Notes: a model not told the origin generated them from the sequence alone. 64,000 bases of DNA from an uncultured Gemmatimonadales bacterium (GCA_963730185.1 CAVSQW010000009.1:160001-224000); one strand, 5' to 3'; counted from the first letter of the stretch, positions 48,007-58,477 are shown. Translations and numbers: made by a program.

Positions 48007-50657
48007 CGATCCGCCTCGCGACCCTCCTCGCCCGGGCGCTCCTGCGCCTTTTCCCCGCCTCGTTCCGCGACGAGTTCGGTCGCGACGTGGCGCATCTCTT
48101 CGCCGAGCGTTGGCGGGACCTCCGGGGACTGCGGGGTTTCCGGAACCGGGTCGGGCTGATCGCCGATCTTCTCGTCAACGCGGGCCGCGAGTGGCGAACG
48201 ACGCTCGGGGCTGGCGCCCCTTCACCCTCCAGGAGTCGACCACTCATGCTGCTCCACGACCTTCGTCACCTGGGGCGGTCCTTGGCCCGGAGCCCGGCTT
48301 TCGCCCTCTCCGCGCTGGCCACGCTGGGGCTCGGCATCGGGGTCACGACGGCGATCTTCGCCGTGTTCTACGGCGTGCTCCTCCGGCCGCTTCCGTTTCC
48401 GGAGCCCGGGCGGCTGGCGTTCATCACCCGGGACGGCGACGTGTCGGTTCCCGACGGAGCGGACTGGCGGGCGCAGTCGACCACTTTCGAGTCGATCGCT
48501 CTCTTCGGTCGGGATTGGTCCCTCGACCTCACCGGCCTGGGTGACCCCGAGCCGGTCCGTGCTTACGCCGTGGAGCCCGCCTTCTTCCGGGTTCTCGGCG
48601 TCGAGCCGCTCCTCGGCCGGCTATTCACCGACCAGGACAACCAGCCCGGCGGGGCGCATTCGATTCTGATTAGCGAGGGTTTCTGGCGCACCCGCTTCGG
48701 GGCCGACCGCCACGTCGTCGGGCGGCAGCTGGTGCTGAGCGGCGATCCGACGACGGTCATCGGGGTGTTGCCCCGGGAGTTCGACTTTCTCGACACCGGT
48801 GCGATCGGGGCGGTGCCCCTCGCCGTGGCGATGCCGTGGGCTCCGGGATCCCGGGGAACCAACAACCTCGACGCGATCGGCCGGGTGCGGTCGGGTGTAG
48901 CGTTCGCCGCCGCCCGGGCCGAGCTGACGGCGATCTCGACCCGGCTCGCCGAGGAGTACCCCCAGACCAATCGCGGCAAGATCGTGGATCCGCTGCCCCT
49001 GACCGAGTTCCTGGTCGGGGGCTCGCGGACCGGCCTCTGGCTGGTGCTGGCCGCCGTGGCCACCCTCCTCGTGATCGCCACGGTGAATCTGGCGGGTCTG
49101 CTGCTCGCCCGGGTTACGGCCCGCCACCGCGAGCTCTCGGTCCGGGCCGCCCTCGGCGCCGGGCGCCGGCGCCTGGCCGGCCAGCTGGTGGTCGAGGGGC
49201 TCGCCCTGGCTGCACTCGGGGGCGCGCTCGGGCTGGGGGTGGCCGGGCTGGGTCTCGGCGCCCTGCGCCACCTGCTGCCCGAGGGCATGCCGCGAACCAC
49301 GACCCTCGCCTTCCGCGGGCCGGTGCTCCTCTTCGGGCTGGCGATGGCGTTCGGGAGCGGCCTGCTCTGCGGCGTGCTGCCCGCTACCCGGGCGCTCCGG
49401 GTCAGGGCCCTCGAGGGGCTCGGCACCACCAGGGCGGGCGGCGAGCGAGGACGACATCGCGCCCTTCGGCTCGTGGTGGCGACCGAGATCGGGCTCGCGG
49501 TCGCACTGCTCGCGGCGGCCGGCGTCCTGGCCAAGAGCTTCCAGCGGCTCTGGAGCCAGCCCCTGGGCTTCGAGCCCCGCGGGACGCTCAGCGCGAACCT
49601 GGTGCTTCCCGCCTCGCGGTACGGTACCATGGCGGCCCAGACCGCCGCCTACACCGGGATCGTCGATCGGTTGCGGGCGCTCCCTGGGGTGACGGACGCC
49701 GCGTACGCGATCAGCCTGCCGTTGGTTCCGGGCGGGGCCGTCGGCAATAAGGTTCTTTTCGAGAACCGGTCCGACCTCACGCCCGACCAACCGTCGGGCG
49801 CCCGCATCCGTCCGGTCTACGGCGACTACTTCGCGACCCTCCGCCTCCCGATCCTCCGGGGCCGCGCCTTTCTCGACACCGACCGGGCGGACGCCCCGCC
49901 CGTCGCCATCATCAACCAGACGATGGCTCGCCTGTTCTGGGGCGACCGGGATCCGATCGGCGCGCGGATCGCTCTCCGCGACTGGCACGAGCTCACGCCC
50001 GGACCGGTCTGGATGACGATCGTCGGCGTCGCCGAGGACGTGCGGTCGCTCACCCTGGCGGATGGCGACCAAGCTGCCGTGTACATGCCCTATGTCCAGC
50101 GGCAGGTGTCGTGGCAGCGCTTCGGTAACCTGGTAATCCGAACGACGTCGGCGCCGGGCGGGTTCGGGCCGGCCCTCAAGGAAGCGGTCTGGTCGGTGGA
50201 TCCGCTCCTGGCGGTGAGTCGGATCGAGAGTCTCGAGGCCAGGCACGCCACGTCCGCCGCGCGCGAGCGGTTCCTCGCGGTGGTCGTGGGTCTCTTCGCG
50301 GGGTCCGCCTTGCTGCTCGTCGTGCAGGGCCTCTGGGGTGTGGTCGCCTACGCCGTCGCCGAGCGGCGCCGGGAGATCGGGGTCCGGGTGGCGCTGGGGG
50401 CTCTGGCCGGCGACGTGGTCCGTCTGGTGGTCCGCGAAGCGCTGGCGCCCTTGGCGGCCGGCGCCCTGTTGGGGCTCGGCCTGGCGGTGATCGGTGGCCG
50501 GCTGGTGCGGGGAGCCCTCTTCGAGGTGAGTCCCACCGATCCCCTCGTGCTGGTCGGCACGGTCGGGGTGCTCCTCGTGGTGGCGCTCGCCGCGAGTGCC
50601 ATCCCGGCCCGGCGAGCCACCCGGATCGATCCGTTGGAGGCAATGCGGGCGGAGTAG
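48003..50657 (+). CDS. ADOP-type duplicated ABC permease with N-terminal prefix domain
   Basis: LLRLFPASFRDEFG prefix; HDLRHLGRSLARSPAF, RELSVRAALGA, REIGVRVALGA, PARRATRIDP. Confidence 0.93.
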   Translation: MTIRLATLLARALLRLFPASFRDEFGRDVAHLFAERWRDLRGLRGFRNRVGLIADLLVNAGREWRTTLGAGAPSPSRSRPLMLLHDLRHLGRSLARSPAFALSALATLGLGIGVTTAIFAVFYGVLLRPLPFPEPGRLAFITRDGDVSVPDGADWRAQSTTFESIALFGRDWSLDLTGLGDPEPVRAYAVEPAFFRVLGVEPLLGRLFTDQDNQPGGAHSILISEGFWRTRFGADRHVVGRQLVLSGDPTTVIGVLPREFDFLDTGAIGAVPLAVAMPWAPGSRGTNNLDAIGRVRSGVAFAAARAELTAISTRLAEEYPQTNRGKIVDPLPLTEFLVGGSRTGLWLVLAAVATLLVIATVNLAGLLLARVTARHRELSVRAALGAGRRRLAGQLVVEGLALAALGGALGLGVAGLGLGALRHLLPEGMPRTTTLAFRGPVLLFGLAMAFGSGLLCGVLPATRALRVRALEGLGTTRAGGERGRHRALRLVVATEIGLAVALLAAAGVLAKSFQRLWSQPLGFEPRGTLSANLVLPASRYGTMAAQTAAYTGIVDRLRALPGVTDAAYAISLPLVPGGAVGNKVLFENRSDLTPDQPSGARIRPVYGDYFATLRLPILRGRAFLDTDRADAPPVAIINQTMARLFWGDRDPIGARIALRDWHELTPGPVWMTIVGVAEDVRSLTLADGDQAAVYMPYVQRQVSWQRFGNLVIRTTSAPGGFGPALKEAVWSVDPLLAVSRIESLEARHATSAARERFLAVVVGLFAGSALLLVVQGLWGVVAYAVAERRREIGVRVALGALAGDVVRLVVREALAPLAAGALLGLGLAVIGGRLVRGALFEVSPTDPLVLVGTVGVLLVVALAASAIPARRATRIDPLEAMRAE

Positions 50658-50698
50658 GGCGCCGGGTCCGGTTTGCGATCAGGCCGCGGCGCCGCGAG

Positions 50699-51166
50699 CT
50701 ATCGCGCGGAGAGGACCTCGACCACGAACACCAGATAGGAGTTGGGCGGGATCGGGCCGGCGCTCTGACTCCCGTAGGCCAACGACGGCGGGATCACCAG
50801 CTGCCGCCGGCCGCCCACCTTCATTCCCGTGACGCCCTCCTCGAACCCGGGAATCACCCGGCCGGCGCCGACCGTGAAAGTCAGGGGCGTGTCGGCCGGA
50901 CCGTTGGCGTCGAACTGGGTCCCGTCGGGCAACCAGCCGGTGTAGTGGACCGCTACCTGTTGACCGTGGGTGACCGTGGCGCCATCGCCCACCACCTGAT
51001 CTCGGTAGTAGAGGCCGTCGGCCGTCTTGGCCATGGCGGCCAGATCGACGCCGAGCGAGGCCGCGAAGGTCACGGTGCCGATGTCGGGATCGCTGGGACC
51101 GGTGCTCGAGCAGGCGACCAGCGAGAGGGTGGCGGCGAGCACGGTGAGGGTACGCAGGGTGGCCAT
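50699..51166 (-). CDS. FKBP-type peptidyl-prolyl isomerase, lipoprotein
   Basis: LVAC lipobox; VHYTGWL.DGTQFD, VIPGFEEG, IPPSLAYG, IPPNSYLVFVVE. Confidence 0.95.
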   Translation of the reverse strand: MATLRTLTVLAATLSLVACSSTGPSDPDIGTVTFAASLGVDLAAMAKTADGLYYRDQVVGDGATVTHGQQVAVHYTGWLPDGTQFDANGPADTPLTFTVGAGRVIPGFEEGVTGMKVGGRRQLVIPPSLAYGSQSAGPIPPNSYLVFVVEVLSAR

Positions 51167-51285
51167 CGAACGACAAACCTCGGAAAACGTGAAGTCGAGA
51201 TGCGGGGCGGAAGGGTAGCCAACGCCGGGAGCCGCCGTCAATCGCTTCGGGTGGCCGTGGCGGCGGGCGGCCCCTACCTTAGGGC

Positions 51286-52113
51286 GTGCGGGTCGAACCC
51301 TATCTCGCCCGGGTCGGATACGATGGCCCACTGACGCCCTCGGTCGAGACGCTGCGGGCGCTGCATCGGGCCCACCTTCTCTCGATCAGCTACGAAAATC
51401 TCGACATTCACCTCGGCCGGCGGATGGAGCTGGACCCGGCCCGGATCTACGCCAAGCTCGTCGAGCGGAAGCGGGGTGGCTGGTGCTTCGAGATGAACGG
51501 CCTCTTCGCCTGGGTGCTCCGGGAGCTTGGCTTCGAGGTGACCATGGTGTCCGGCACCGTGGGCGGCGCCCGTCACGGCCAGAGTCGTCCGGGCAACCAT
51601 CTGGTGCTCGTGGCGTCGCTCGATCGGCCCTGGCTGGTCGACGTGGGCTTCGGTGACGGGTTTCTGGAGCCTCTCCCGTTGGAGCCGGGCGCGTATACCG
51701 GTCACGGGTTCGATTTTCGTCTCCAGCGCGACGGATCGTGGTGGGTGTTCCACAACCATCGCTTCGGCGCCGCGCCGTCGTATGACTTTCAGCTGGTGCC
51801 CCGGAAGCTCGACGACTTCGCGGGCCGATCGCACGAGCTGGCGACATCGCCCGACTCGAGCTTTGTGCAGAAGGCCGTGTGTCAACGCTTCACGCCGGGT
51901 GGGATCGCGACCCTGCGGGGCGCAGTCTTCCGCGAGGTGACCCCGACCGGCGCGACCGAGCGGGTCGTCACCCGCCTGGACGAATACCGCTCGGTGCTGG
52001 CCGACCGCTTCGGTCTCGAGATCGACGGGCTGGAGCCTCTCTGGCGGCGCGTTCAGGAGAGCCACCGGGCCTGGGTCGCGTCTCGAGGGCCGGTCATGGG
52101 CCCATCCGATTGA
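51286..52113 (+). CDS. nat: Arylamine N-acetyltransferase
   Basis: SYENLD, RGGWCFEMN, NHLVL, VDVGFG (Cys-His-Asp triad). Confidence 0.93.
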   Translation: MRVEPYLARVGYDGPLTPSVETLRALHRAHLLSISYENLDIHLGRRMELDPARIYAKLVERKRGGWCFEMNGLFAWVLRELGFEVTMVSGTVGGARHGQSRPGNHLVLVASLDRPWLVDVGFGDGFLEPLPLEPGAYTGHGFDFRLQRDGSWWVFHNHRFGAAPSYDFQLVPRKLDDFAGRSHELATSPDSSFVQKAVCQRFTPGGIATLRGAVFREVTPTGATERVVTRLDEYRSVLADRFGLEIDGLEPLWRRVQESHRAWVASRGPVMGPSD

Positions 52114-52149
52114 CGCACGGCATCCGCCTCATCTTACGGAGATGTCTCG

Positions 52150-53346
52150 ATGACTCACCGAGCCGCGACGGTCCTGACCTTCCTGGCCGGTCTGGCCACC
52201 ACCAGCCTGGCCGGCCAGAGCCAGCGCCCGGCGATTCCGACCGATCCCTTTCCGGTCCCGTCGGGCCGCTACCAGGTCGGCACCCGGGACTACGAGTGGA
52301 CCGACCTTTCCCGCCCCGAGCGCTACACCAAGGTCCCGTCCGATCATCGGACCGTGCTGGTCCAGATCTGGTACCCCGCCGATCCAGCCCCGGGGTCCGC
52401 GGCGGCGCCCTATCTCCTCCATCCGACGACCGTCGCCGATACCCAGGTGGCCCGAGTGGGCCGAACGATCCACGCCCACGCCGTGGTCGACGCGCCCCTG
52501 GCCGGGAGCCAGCCCCGTTGGCCCGTGCTCCTCTACAATCACGGCGGTGCGTGGAGTCGGTGGAGCGCCACCTTCGCGACGGAAGAGCTCGCCAGCCACG
52601 GCTACGTGGTGGTGAGCGTCGAGCACCCTGGGTTCAGCCAGACCGGCGGATTCCTCGACGGGCGCCGGTTCGCCGCCGACACACTCGGGTTTCCGACGCC
52701 GACCCAGGACCTCGCGACCGACGCTCGGGCCTCCTGGACCTATCTGGATGAAGTCGTCTTTCCGATCTGGGTCGCCGACGCCCGATTCGCCCTGGACCGG
52801 TTGACCGAGCTCGATCGCCAAGGCGGCCTTTGGCAGGGACGCCTGGCGCTCGACCGGGTGGGTGCGTTCGGGTGGTCGTTCGGCGGCGCCACCGCGGTGG
52901 AGCTCAGCCGCGTGGACCCCCGCGTTGCGGTGGCGGTCGACCAGGATGGCCAGCTGTTCGGTGGGGCGAAGACGGCCGGCACGGCCCGACCGGTGCTGCT
53001 GATGCACCACGGTCTCGACGACGCGATGGAGATGCCGGAGGCGCAGCGCCCGGTGATGCGGCAGCTGATGGCCGAAGCCCAGGCGGACGACAGCACGGCG
53101 CGGGTCCACTCCACCGGGGCGTGGAGCGAGTTGACGATCGCCAAGACCCAGCACGGCCATTTCTCCGATCTGCTCCTCTTCTACCCCCATTCGCCCGCCC
53201 AGCTCGATCCCGGGATGGCGCACACCATCATCAACGCCTACACCCTCGCCTTCTTCGATCGGTACTTGAAGAACCGGCCCAGCGACCTCCTGACGCCTGG
53301 GCACGAGCCCTTCCCGGACGCCACCTTGAAGGTCTGGCGGCCCTGA
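52150..53346 (+). CDS. Secreted alpha/beta hydrolase (PAF-acetylhydrolase-like)
   Basis: PSGRYQVG, VQIWYPA, LASHGYVVV, GWSFGG, DG, HGHFSD. Confidence 0.88.
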   Translation: MTHRAATVLTFLAGLATTSLAGQSQRPAIPTDPFPVPSGRYQVGTRDYEWTDLSRPERYTKVPSDHRTVLVQIWYPADPAPGSAAAPYLLHPTTVADTQVARVGRTIHAHAVVDAPLAGSQPRWPVLLYNHGGAWSRWSATFATEELASHGYVVVSVEHPGFSQTGGFLDGRRFAADTLGFPTPTQDLATDARASWTYLDEVVFPIWVADARFALDRLTELDRQGGLWQGRLALDRVGAFGWSFGGATAVELSRVDPRVAVAVDQDGQLFGGAKTAGTARPVLLMHHGLDDAMEMPEAQRPVMRQLMAEAQADDSTARVHSTGAWSELTIAKTQHGHFSDLLLFYPHSPAQLDPGMAHTIINAYTLAFFDRYLKNRPSDLLTPGHEPFPDATLKVWRP

Positions 53347-54498
53347 GTGGGGTCCCTGCTCTCGCCGGACGCCGGCTTCGCGCTGTGGGCCGTGCTGCTG
53401 GCGGGCGCGGCGTTCGCGGCCTGGGCGGAGAACACCCGGCTGGGCCATCGGCTCTCGGGTGTCCTGATTGCCATCCTCCTGGCCATGGTGCTGTCGAATG
53501 TCCGGGTGATCCCCCGGGCCAGCCCGACCTACGAGACGGCGCTCGAATACCTGATCCCAGTCTCGATTCCGTTGCTCCTGTTCGACGCCAACCTGAGGCG
53601 GATCGTCAAGGACACGGGCCGGATGCTCCTGGCCTTCGGGATCGGCACGGTGGGCGCGGTGTTGGGCGCGTGGATCGGGGTGCATCTCATTCCCCTGGGC
53701 GACGCCGCGCCGGAGCTGGCGGGAGTCTTCAGCTCGACCTACATCGGGGGCGGCCTCAACTTCATGGCGGTGGCGCAGGCGACCGGGTTCACGAGCGACG
53801 GCAGCCGGCTCGCCGCCAGCGTGGCCGCCGACAACATCGTCACCGCGGTGTACATGATCGCGGTGATGGCCCTGCCGTCGCTGCTCTGGCTCCGCCGCCT
53901 GATTCCGTCGGCGATCGCCGACCGGGAGGAGAGCGACTTCCAGCGCGAAGCCGCCCATCTGGAGGTGGTCCCGCCGCCGCCCTTTCGGGTGGCTTCGGTC
54001 TGCCTCGCGCTGGCGTTGGCGATGACGATCGCGGCACTAGGGTACTGGCTGGCCGACCTGGTGGGGCTGGGCGGCTTCGGAATCCTGTTCGTGTCGCTGC
54101 TGGCGCTGGTGCCGGCCAACGCGTTTCCGAAGCTCACCCCCTATCTCGCCGGCCACGGCGAGCTGGGGATGATCGGGATCTACATCTTCCTCTTCGTGAT
54201 GGGGGCCAAGGCCGACGTCTGGGCGATGATCGGGACCGCCCTTCCGATCACCGCGTTCGCGCTGGTGATCGTCTTCGTCCACATGATCTTCACGATCGCG
54301 GTCGGAGGGCTCTTCCGGCTCGACCTGGCCGAGCTGGTGATCGCCTCGAACGCCTGCGTCGGGGGGTCGGCGTCGGCCGGACCGATCGCCGCCGCCCGCG
54401 GCTGGCGCGAGCTGGTGACCCCCGGCATCCTCTGCGGCGCGCTCGGGAACGCCGTCGGCACCTTCATCGGGGTCGCTCTGACCCAGCTGCTCCGGTAG
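53347..54498 (+). CDS. DUF819-family membrane protein
   Basis: IPLLLFDANLR, TYIGGGLNF, ADN, IASNACVGG. Confidence 0.85.
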   Translation: MGSLLSPDAGFALWAVLLAGAAFAAWAENTRLGHRLSGVLIAILLAMVLSNVRVIPRASPTYETALEYLIPVSIPLLLFDANLRRIVKDTGRMLLAFGIGTVGAVLGAWIGVHLIPLGDAAPELAGVFSSTYIGGGLNFMAVAQATGFTSDGSRLAASVAADNIVTAVYMIAVMALPSLLWLRRLIPSAIADREESDFQREAAHLEVVPPPPFRVASVCLALALAMTIAALGYWLADLVGLGGFGILFVSLLALVPANAFPKLTPYLAGHGELGMIGIYIFLFVMGAKADVWAMIGTALPITAFALVIVFVHMIFTIAVGGLFRLDLAELVIASNACVGGSASAGPIAAARGWRELVTPGILCGALGNAVGTFIGVALTQLLR

Positions 54499-54507
54499 CC
54501 TCCCCGG

Positions 54508-56409
54508 TCAGGGCAGGACCCCGATCTCGATCCGCGACGGCGCGGCCGGGGTTCGATAAACGCGCTCGGTCGCCGCCTTGAAATCGCTCGCCTTGGCGTG
54601 ATAGATGTCCACGAAGGTCTGCGGGTTCCGATCGATCAGCGGGAACCACGAGCTCTGGATCTGCACCATGATCCGGTGACCCTTCCGGAAGGTGTGCAGG
54701 ACATCCAGCATCGAGAACTCGACCTTGGTGACCCGGCCGGGCTGGAACGGCACCGGCTTCTCGAGGCTCTCCCGGAACTTGCCCCGCATCACGTCGCCCC
54801 GAACCAGCTCCTGATACCCGCCCATCGGATCGCCGGGGCGGAGCGGGCCCGTTCCGGTGGAGGCCGCCCGCTCGGGCGCGTCGTCGGGATAGACGTCGAT
54901 CAACTTGACCACCCAGTCGGCGTCGGTGCCGCTGGTCGAGACCCAGAGGCTCGGCCGGATCGGTCCCGCGATGGTCAGGTCTTCGGCGAGCGGCGCCGTC
55001 TGGTAGACCAGAACGTCCGGCCGGCGCGACGCGAAGCGCTGGTCCTGGATCTGGTAGTCGATCGTCATGTCGGTCGCGAGGCCCTCGATGTAGGGAACCG
55101 GCCGCGCTGGGTCGCTGACGTACTGGTCGGAGCCTCCGGTGGTGGTCGGCGGAGCGAATCCCAGCCCGCCGTCCGGTCCGAGGTAGAGCGACCTCGGGGT
55201 GACGCCCTTGGGCGGCCAGGCGTCGAAGGTCCGCCACCGGTCGCCGCCGGTCTCGAAGACGTAGGCCGCGGGGAGTCCGGGGTCCCTGCCCTCGAGCCGG
55301 CTGGTGAAGAACGGCGCCTCGATGCTGTCGCGGAAGAACGCGCCAGTGGCCGTCCCGAACGACACGTCGCCGAGCGAGGTGCCGGCATCATAGGCCCATT
55401 GGCCATGGGACCACGGACCCACGACCAGCACGTTCGACCCGCCCGGGGTGGTTTCGCCGACCCGACGATGGACCGCGAGCGCCCCCGCGAGGTTGTTCGA
55501 GTCGTACCAGCCTCCGACCGTCATCACTGCCGGACGAATGTTCTTCAAGTGCGGGACGATGCTCCGCGCCTTCCAGAAGGCGTCGTAGGTGCCGTGGTCC
55601 ATCAGCTCGTTCCAGAACGGGATTCCGCCCTTGAAGTACTTCGCGTCGGCATTGGCCAGCGGCCCCAGGTCGAGGAAGAAGCGATAGCCGTCGGGCGAGG
55701 GGAACTCGAACCCGCCTCCCGATCGGGTCGTCGGCGCCGGCCGGGGGTGGCCGAAGAACGAGAAGAAGTTGAAGCCGGAGGCTACCAGAAAGGCGCCGTG
55801 GTGGTGGAGATCGTCGCCGGCGAACCAGTCGGCCTGGGGCGCCTGGGGTGACGCCGCCACGAGGGCGGGGTGGGCGTCGATCATGCCCGCCGCGGCGAAG
55901 AAGCCGTTGTAGGAAATGCCCCAGAGGGCCACCCGGCCGTCGTTGTGCGGCACGTGCTTGACCAGCCAGTCGATGGTGTCCCAGGTGTCCGTGCTCTCGT
56001 CGATGTCGCTCGGGCCCCGCTTGTGGTCGAGGTGCGGAGTCATGTTGACGAACGTGCCCTCGGACAGGTACCGGCCGCGAACGTCCTGGGCGACGTAGAT
56101 GAAGGGTCGCCGCTCGAAGCCGACCGCCGGTCCGAGGAACCTGGGGTAGCGATCCGGCCCGTAGGGCGCGACGCTGTACGGTCGCCGGGTCAGGATCATG
56201 GCGTAGCGCCGGCTGGTGTCCCGGGGGACGAACACCGTGGTGAACAGCTCGACCCCGTCCCGCATCGGAATTCGCTGCTCGATCTTGGTGTAGTGGGCCC
56301 GGACGTAGGCGGTATCGCCGCTGATCTGGGCTCGCAGGGCGGATGGGCCGACGGTGGCGGCGAGCGCCAGGCTGGTCGAGGCCAGCCAGCGAATCTTGGT
56401 GAATGTCAT
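54508..56409 (-). CDS. CocE/NonD-family serine hydrolase (alpha-amino acid ester hydrolase-like)
   Basis: IPMRDGVEL, QDVRGRYLSEG, GISYNG, GGWYD, GPWSHG, SSWFPLIDRNPQ. Confidence 0.94.
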   Translation of the reverse strand: MTFTKIRWLASTSLALAATVGPSALRAQISGDTAYVRAHYTKIEQRIPMRDGVELFTTVFVPRDTSRRYAMILTRRPYSVAPYGPDRYPRFLGPAVGFERRPFIYVAQDVRGRYLSEGTFVNMTPHLDHKRGPSDIDESTDTWDTIDWLVKHVPHNDGRVALWGISYNGFFAAAGMIDAHPALVAASPQAPQADWFAGDDLHHHGAFLVASGFNFFSFFGHPRPAPTTRSGGGFEFPSPDGYRFFLDLGPLANADAKYFKGGIPFWNELMDHGTYDAFWKARSIVPHLKNIRPAVMTVGGWYDSNNLAGALAVHRRVGETTPGGSNVLVVGPWSHGQWAYDAGTSLGDVSFGTATGAFFRDSIEAPFFTSRLEGRDPGLPAAYVFETGGDRWRTFDAWPPKGVTPRSLYLGPDGGLGFAPPTTTGGSDQYVSDPARPVPYIEGLATDMTIDYQIQDQRFASRRPDVLVYQTAPLAEDLTIAGPIRPSLWVSTSGTDADWVVKLIDVYPDDAPERAASTGTGPLRPGDPMGGYQELVRGDVMRGKFRESLEKPVPFQPGRVTKVEFSMLDVLHTFRKGHRIMVQIQSSWFPLIDRNPQTFVDIYHAKASDFKAATERVYRTPAAPSRIEIGVLP

Positions 56410-56782
56410 GCCTGATAGTACCGGTGGCCGACCCAGCCCGCCATTTGATGTTGGGTCACCAGCCACCGAGCGGCGGTTTCCGCAGCCAAGGTGCGGCGTG
56501 CTTTCGTCGCGGGGTTGCGACACGCCGCAGGCTCGAAGCCTTGCACTCACCGCTCGAATATCGAACAGCTGACGGTCTCGGTCAAACTTACTCAAGTGAT
56601 TTGCTGACAATGTGTTGAACAAACGCCGTCGGGGCTTCCGTCAGCGTCGATACTTTCCGTGACCTCTGGCGGCAGAATTCTTGACAGGTGATCGGCCGGA
56701 TCCGGTGCGTTCGATGGTTCTCGGCGCTGGGTCGCCAGCCACCGCTTCGAGGAGCACCATGTCGGGATCGCGGCCAGGATCG

Positions 56783-58477
56783 ATGTCCCCGATCGGGCAG
56801 CGCCGTCACCTGTTGACGGTGGGTCTCGAGGACTACTTCCAAGTTGGGGCTTTCAATCGTCTGATCCAGCGGGGCCAGTGGTATCGGTTCGAGACGCGGG
56901 TTCTCCGTGGGGCACGGGCCACGCTCGACCTCCTGGACGAGTTCGGCGTGACCGCCACGTTCTTCACCTCCGGGTGGATCGCCGAACGGGCTCCGGAGGT
57001 GGTTCGCGAGGTCGCCGAGCGCGGCCATGAGGTCGCGAGCTCGGGTTTTCACCACCGCCGGATCCGGGATCTCACCCGGGCCGAGTTCCGGGACGATCTG
57101 GCCCGGGCTCGGACGGCGCTCCAGGCGGCGAGCGGTCAACCGATCCACGGCTATCGGGTTCCGCGCGGCTGGTTCCGCCCGGAGGATCTCTGGGCGCTCG
57201 ACGTCCTGGCCGAGGAAGGATACGCCTACGACTCCAGCGTCGGGTGTCTCTTCCGTCGCTATGCGCGCGAGCCCTGGCGCCGCGTTGCCCATCACCACCA
57301 ATTCGGCGGGCGGAGCCTTTGGGAGTTCCCGCCTTCGGCGATGACCTGGGGCGGCTGGTTCCTGCCAATCGCCGGGGGAAATTACTTCCGGCAGCTGCCC
57401 GATCCGCTGATCCGGAGCGCGGTGGCGCGGTGGGACCGGTCCGAGTCGGCGCCGTTCGTGATGTACTTCCACACGTGGGAGATGGACCTGGAGCAGCCCC
57501 AGATCACCGGCGCTCCCCTCTTCCAACGGATTCGACAGTACCGCAACCTGCACCGGATGCCCGATCTCGTCCGCGCGTATCTGGGACGGTACCAATTTCA
57601 ATCGATCGCCCGGCATCTCGGGCTCTCCCTCGACGAGCAAGTGCCGGCGGCGGCCCGGCCGACGGCGACCCCAGTCGTCGCGGCGCTCCCGCCCCGCCGG
57701 ACCGACCGTGTGCCGGTGAGCGTCGTGATCCCGTGCTACAACGAGGAGCTGGTCCTTCCCTACCTCCGGAACACCCTGGCCAGCGTGGAGACGGAGCTGG
57801 CCGACGACTACGACGTGAGTTTCGTGTTCGTCGACGACGCCAGTCGCGACGACACCTTCGCGGCTCTCGAACGGAATTTCGGCGAGCGCGACAACGTCAC
57901 CATCGTGCGTCATCCCGAAAACCAGGGGGTGGCGGCCGCGATTCTTTCCGGCCTTCGGGCCAGCGACGCGGGCGTGGCCTGCTCGATCGATTGCGACTGC
58001 ACCTACGACCCCCACGAGCTGACCCGGATGATCCCCCTGCTCGAGCCGGGTGTCGATCTGGTCACCGCCTCGCCCTACCACCCCCGGGGCTCGGTGCGGA
58101 ACGTCCCTCGGTGGCGGCTGGCGCTCTCCCGATCGCTGTCCTGGCTCTACCGCCGGGTCCTGCGCCAGAAGCTCCACACCTACACCAGCTGCTTCCGGGT
58201 GTACCGCCGCGCCAGCGTCGCCTCGCTCGAACTCGCGAACGGTGGCTTTCTCGGGGTGGCGGAGACGTTGGGGCGGCTCGATCTCCAGGGCCGCCGGATC
58301 GTCGAATTCCCGACGACGCTCGAGGTCCGAGTGCTGGGCCATTCCAAAATGAAGGTCGTCCGCACCATCGGCGGGCACTTAGTGCTCCTGGCCCGGCTGC
58401 TCCGGCTCCGGCTCCGGTCACCGAGGAGCAACCCGGGTGGCCCGGCGGCGCCGACGCCGACGATGAGGGCGGCGTGA
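56783..58477 (+). CDS. Polysaccharide deacetylase (DUF3473 type) - GT2 glycosyltransferase fusion
   Basis: LEDYFQV, ATFF, GHEVAS, YDSS, GGNYFR, YFHTWE; then VVIPCYNEE, VDDASRDDT, IDCDCTY. Confidence 0.88.
   Translation: MSPIGQRRHLLTVGLEDYFQVGAFNRLIQRGQWYRFETRVLRGARATLDLLDEFGVTATFFTSGWIAERAPEVVREVAERGHEVASSGFHHRRIRDLTRAEFRDDLARARTALQAASGQPIHGYRVPRGWFRPEDLWALDVLAEEGYAYDSSVGCLFRRYAREPWRRVAHHHQFGGRSLWEFPPSAMTWGGWFLPIAGGNYFRQLPDPLIRSAVARWDRSESAPFVMYFHTWEMDLEQPQITGAPLFQRIRQYRNLHRMPDLVRAYLGRYQFQSIARHLGLSLDEQVPAAARPTATPVVAALPPRRTDRVPVSVVIPCYNEELVLPYLRNTLASVETELADDYDVSFVFVDDASRDDTFAALERNFGERDNVTIVRHPENQGVAAAILSGLRASDAGVACSIDCDCTYDPHELTRMIPLLEPGVDLVTASPYHPRGSVRNVPRWRLALSRSLSWLYRRVLRQKLHTYTSCFRVYRRASVASLELANGGFLGVAETLGRLDLQGRRIVEFPTTLEVRVLGHSKMKVVRTIGGHLVLLARLLRLRLRSPRSNPGGPAAPTPTMRAA

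Noticed and set aside
56667..56682. Sigma54 promoter TGGCGGCAGAATTCT
   Set aside because: The -12 dinucleotide is CT, not GC.
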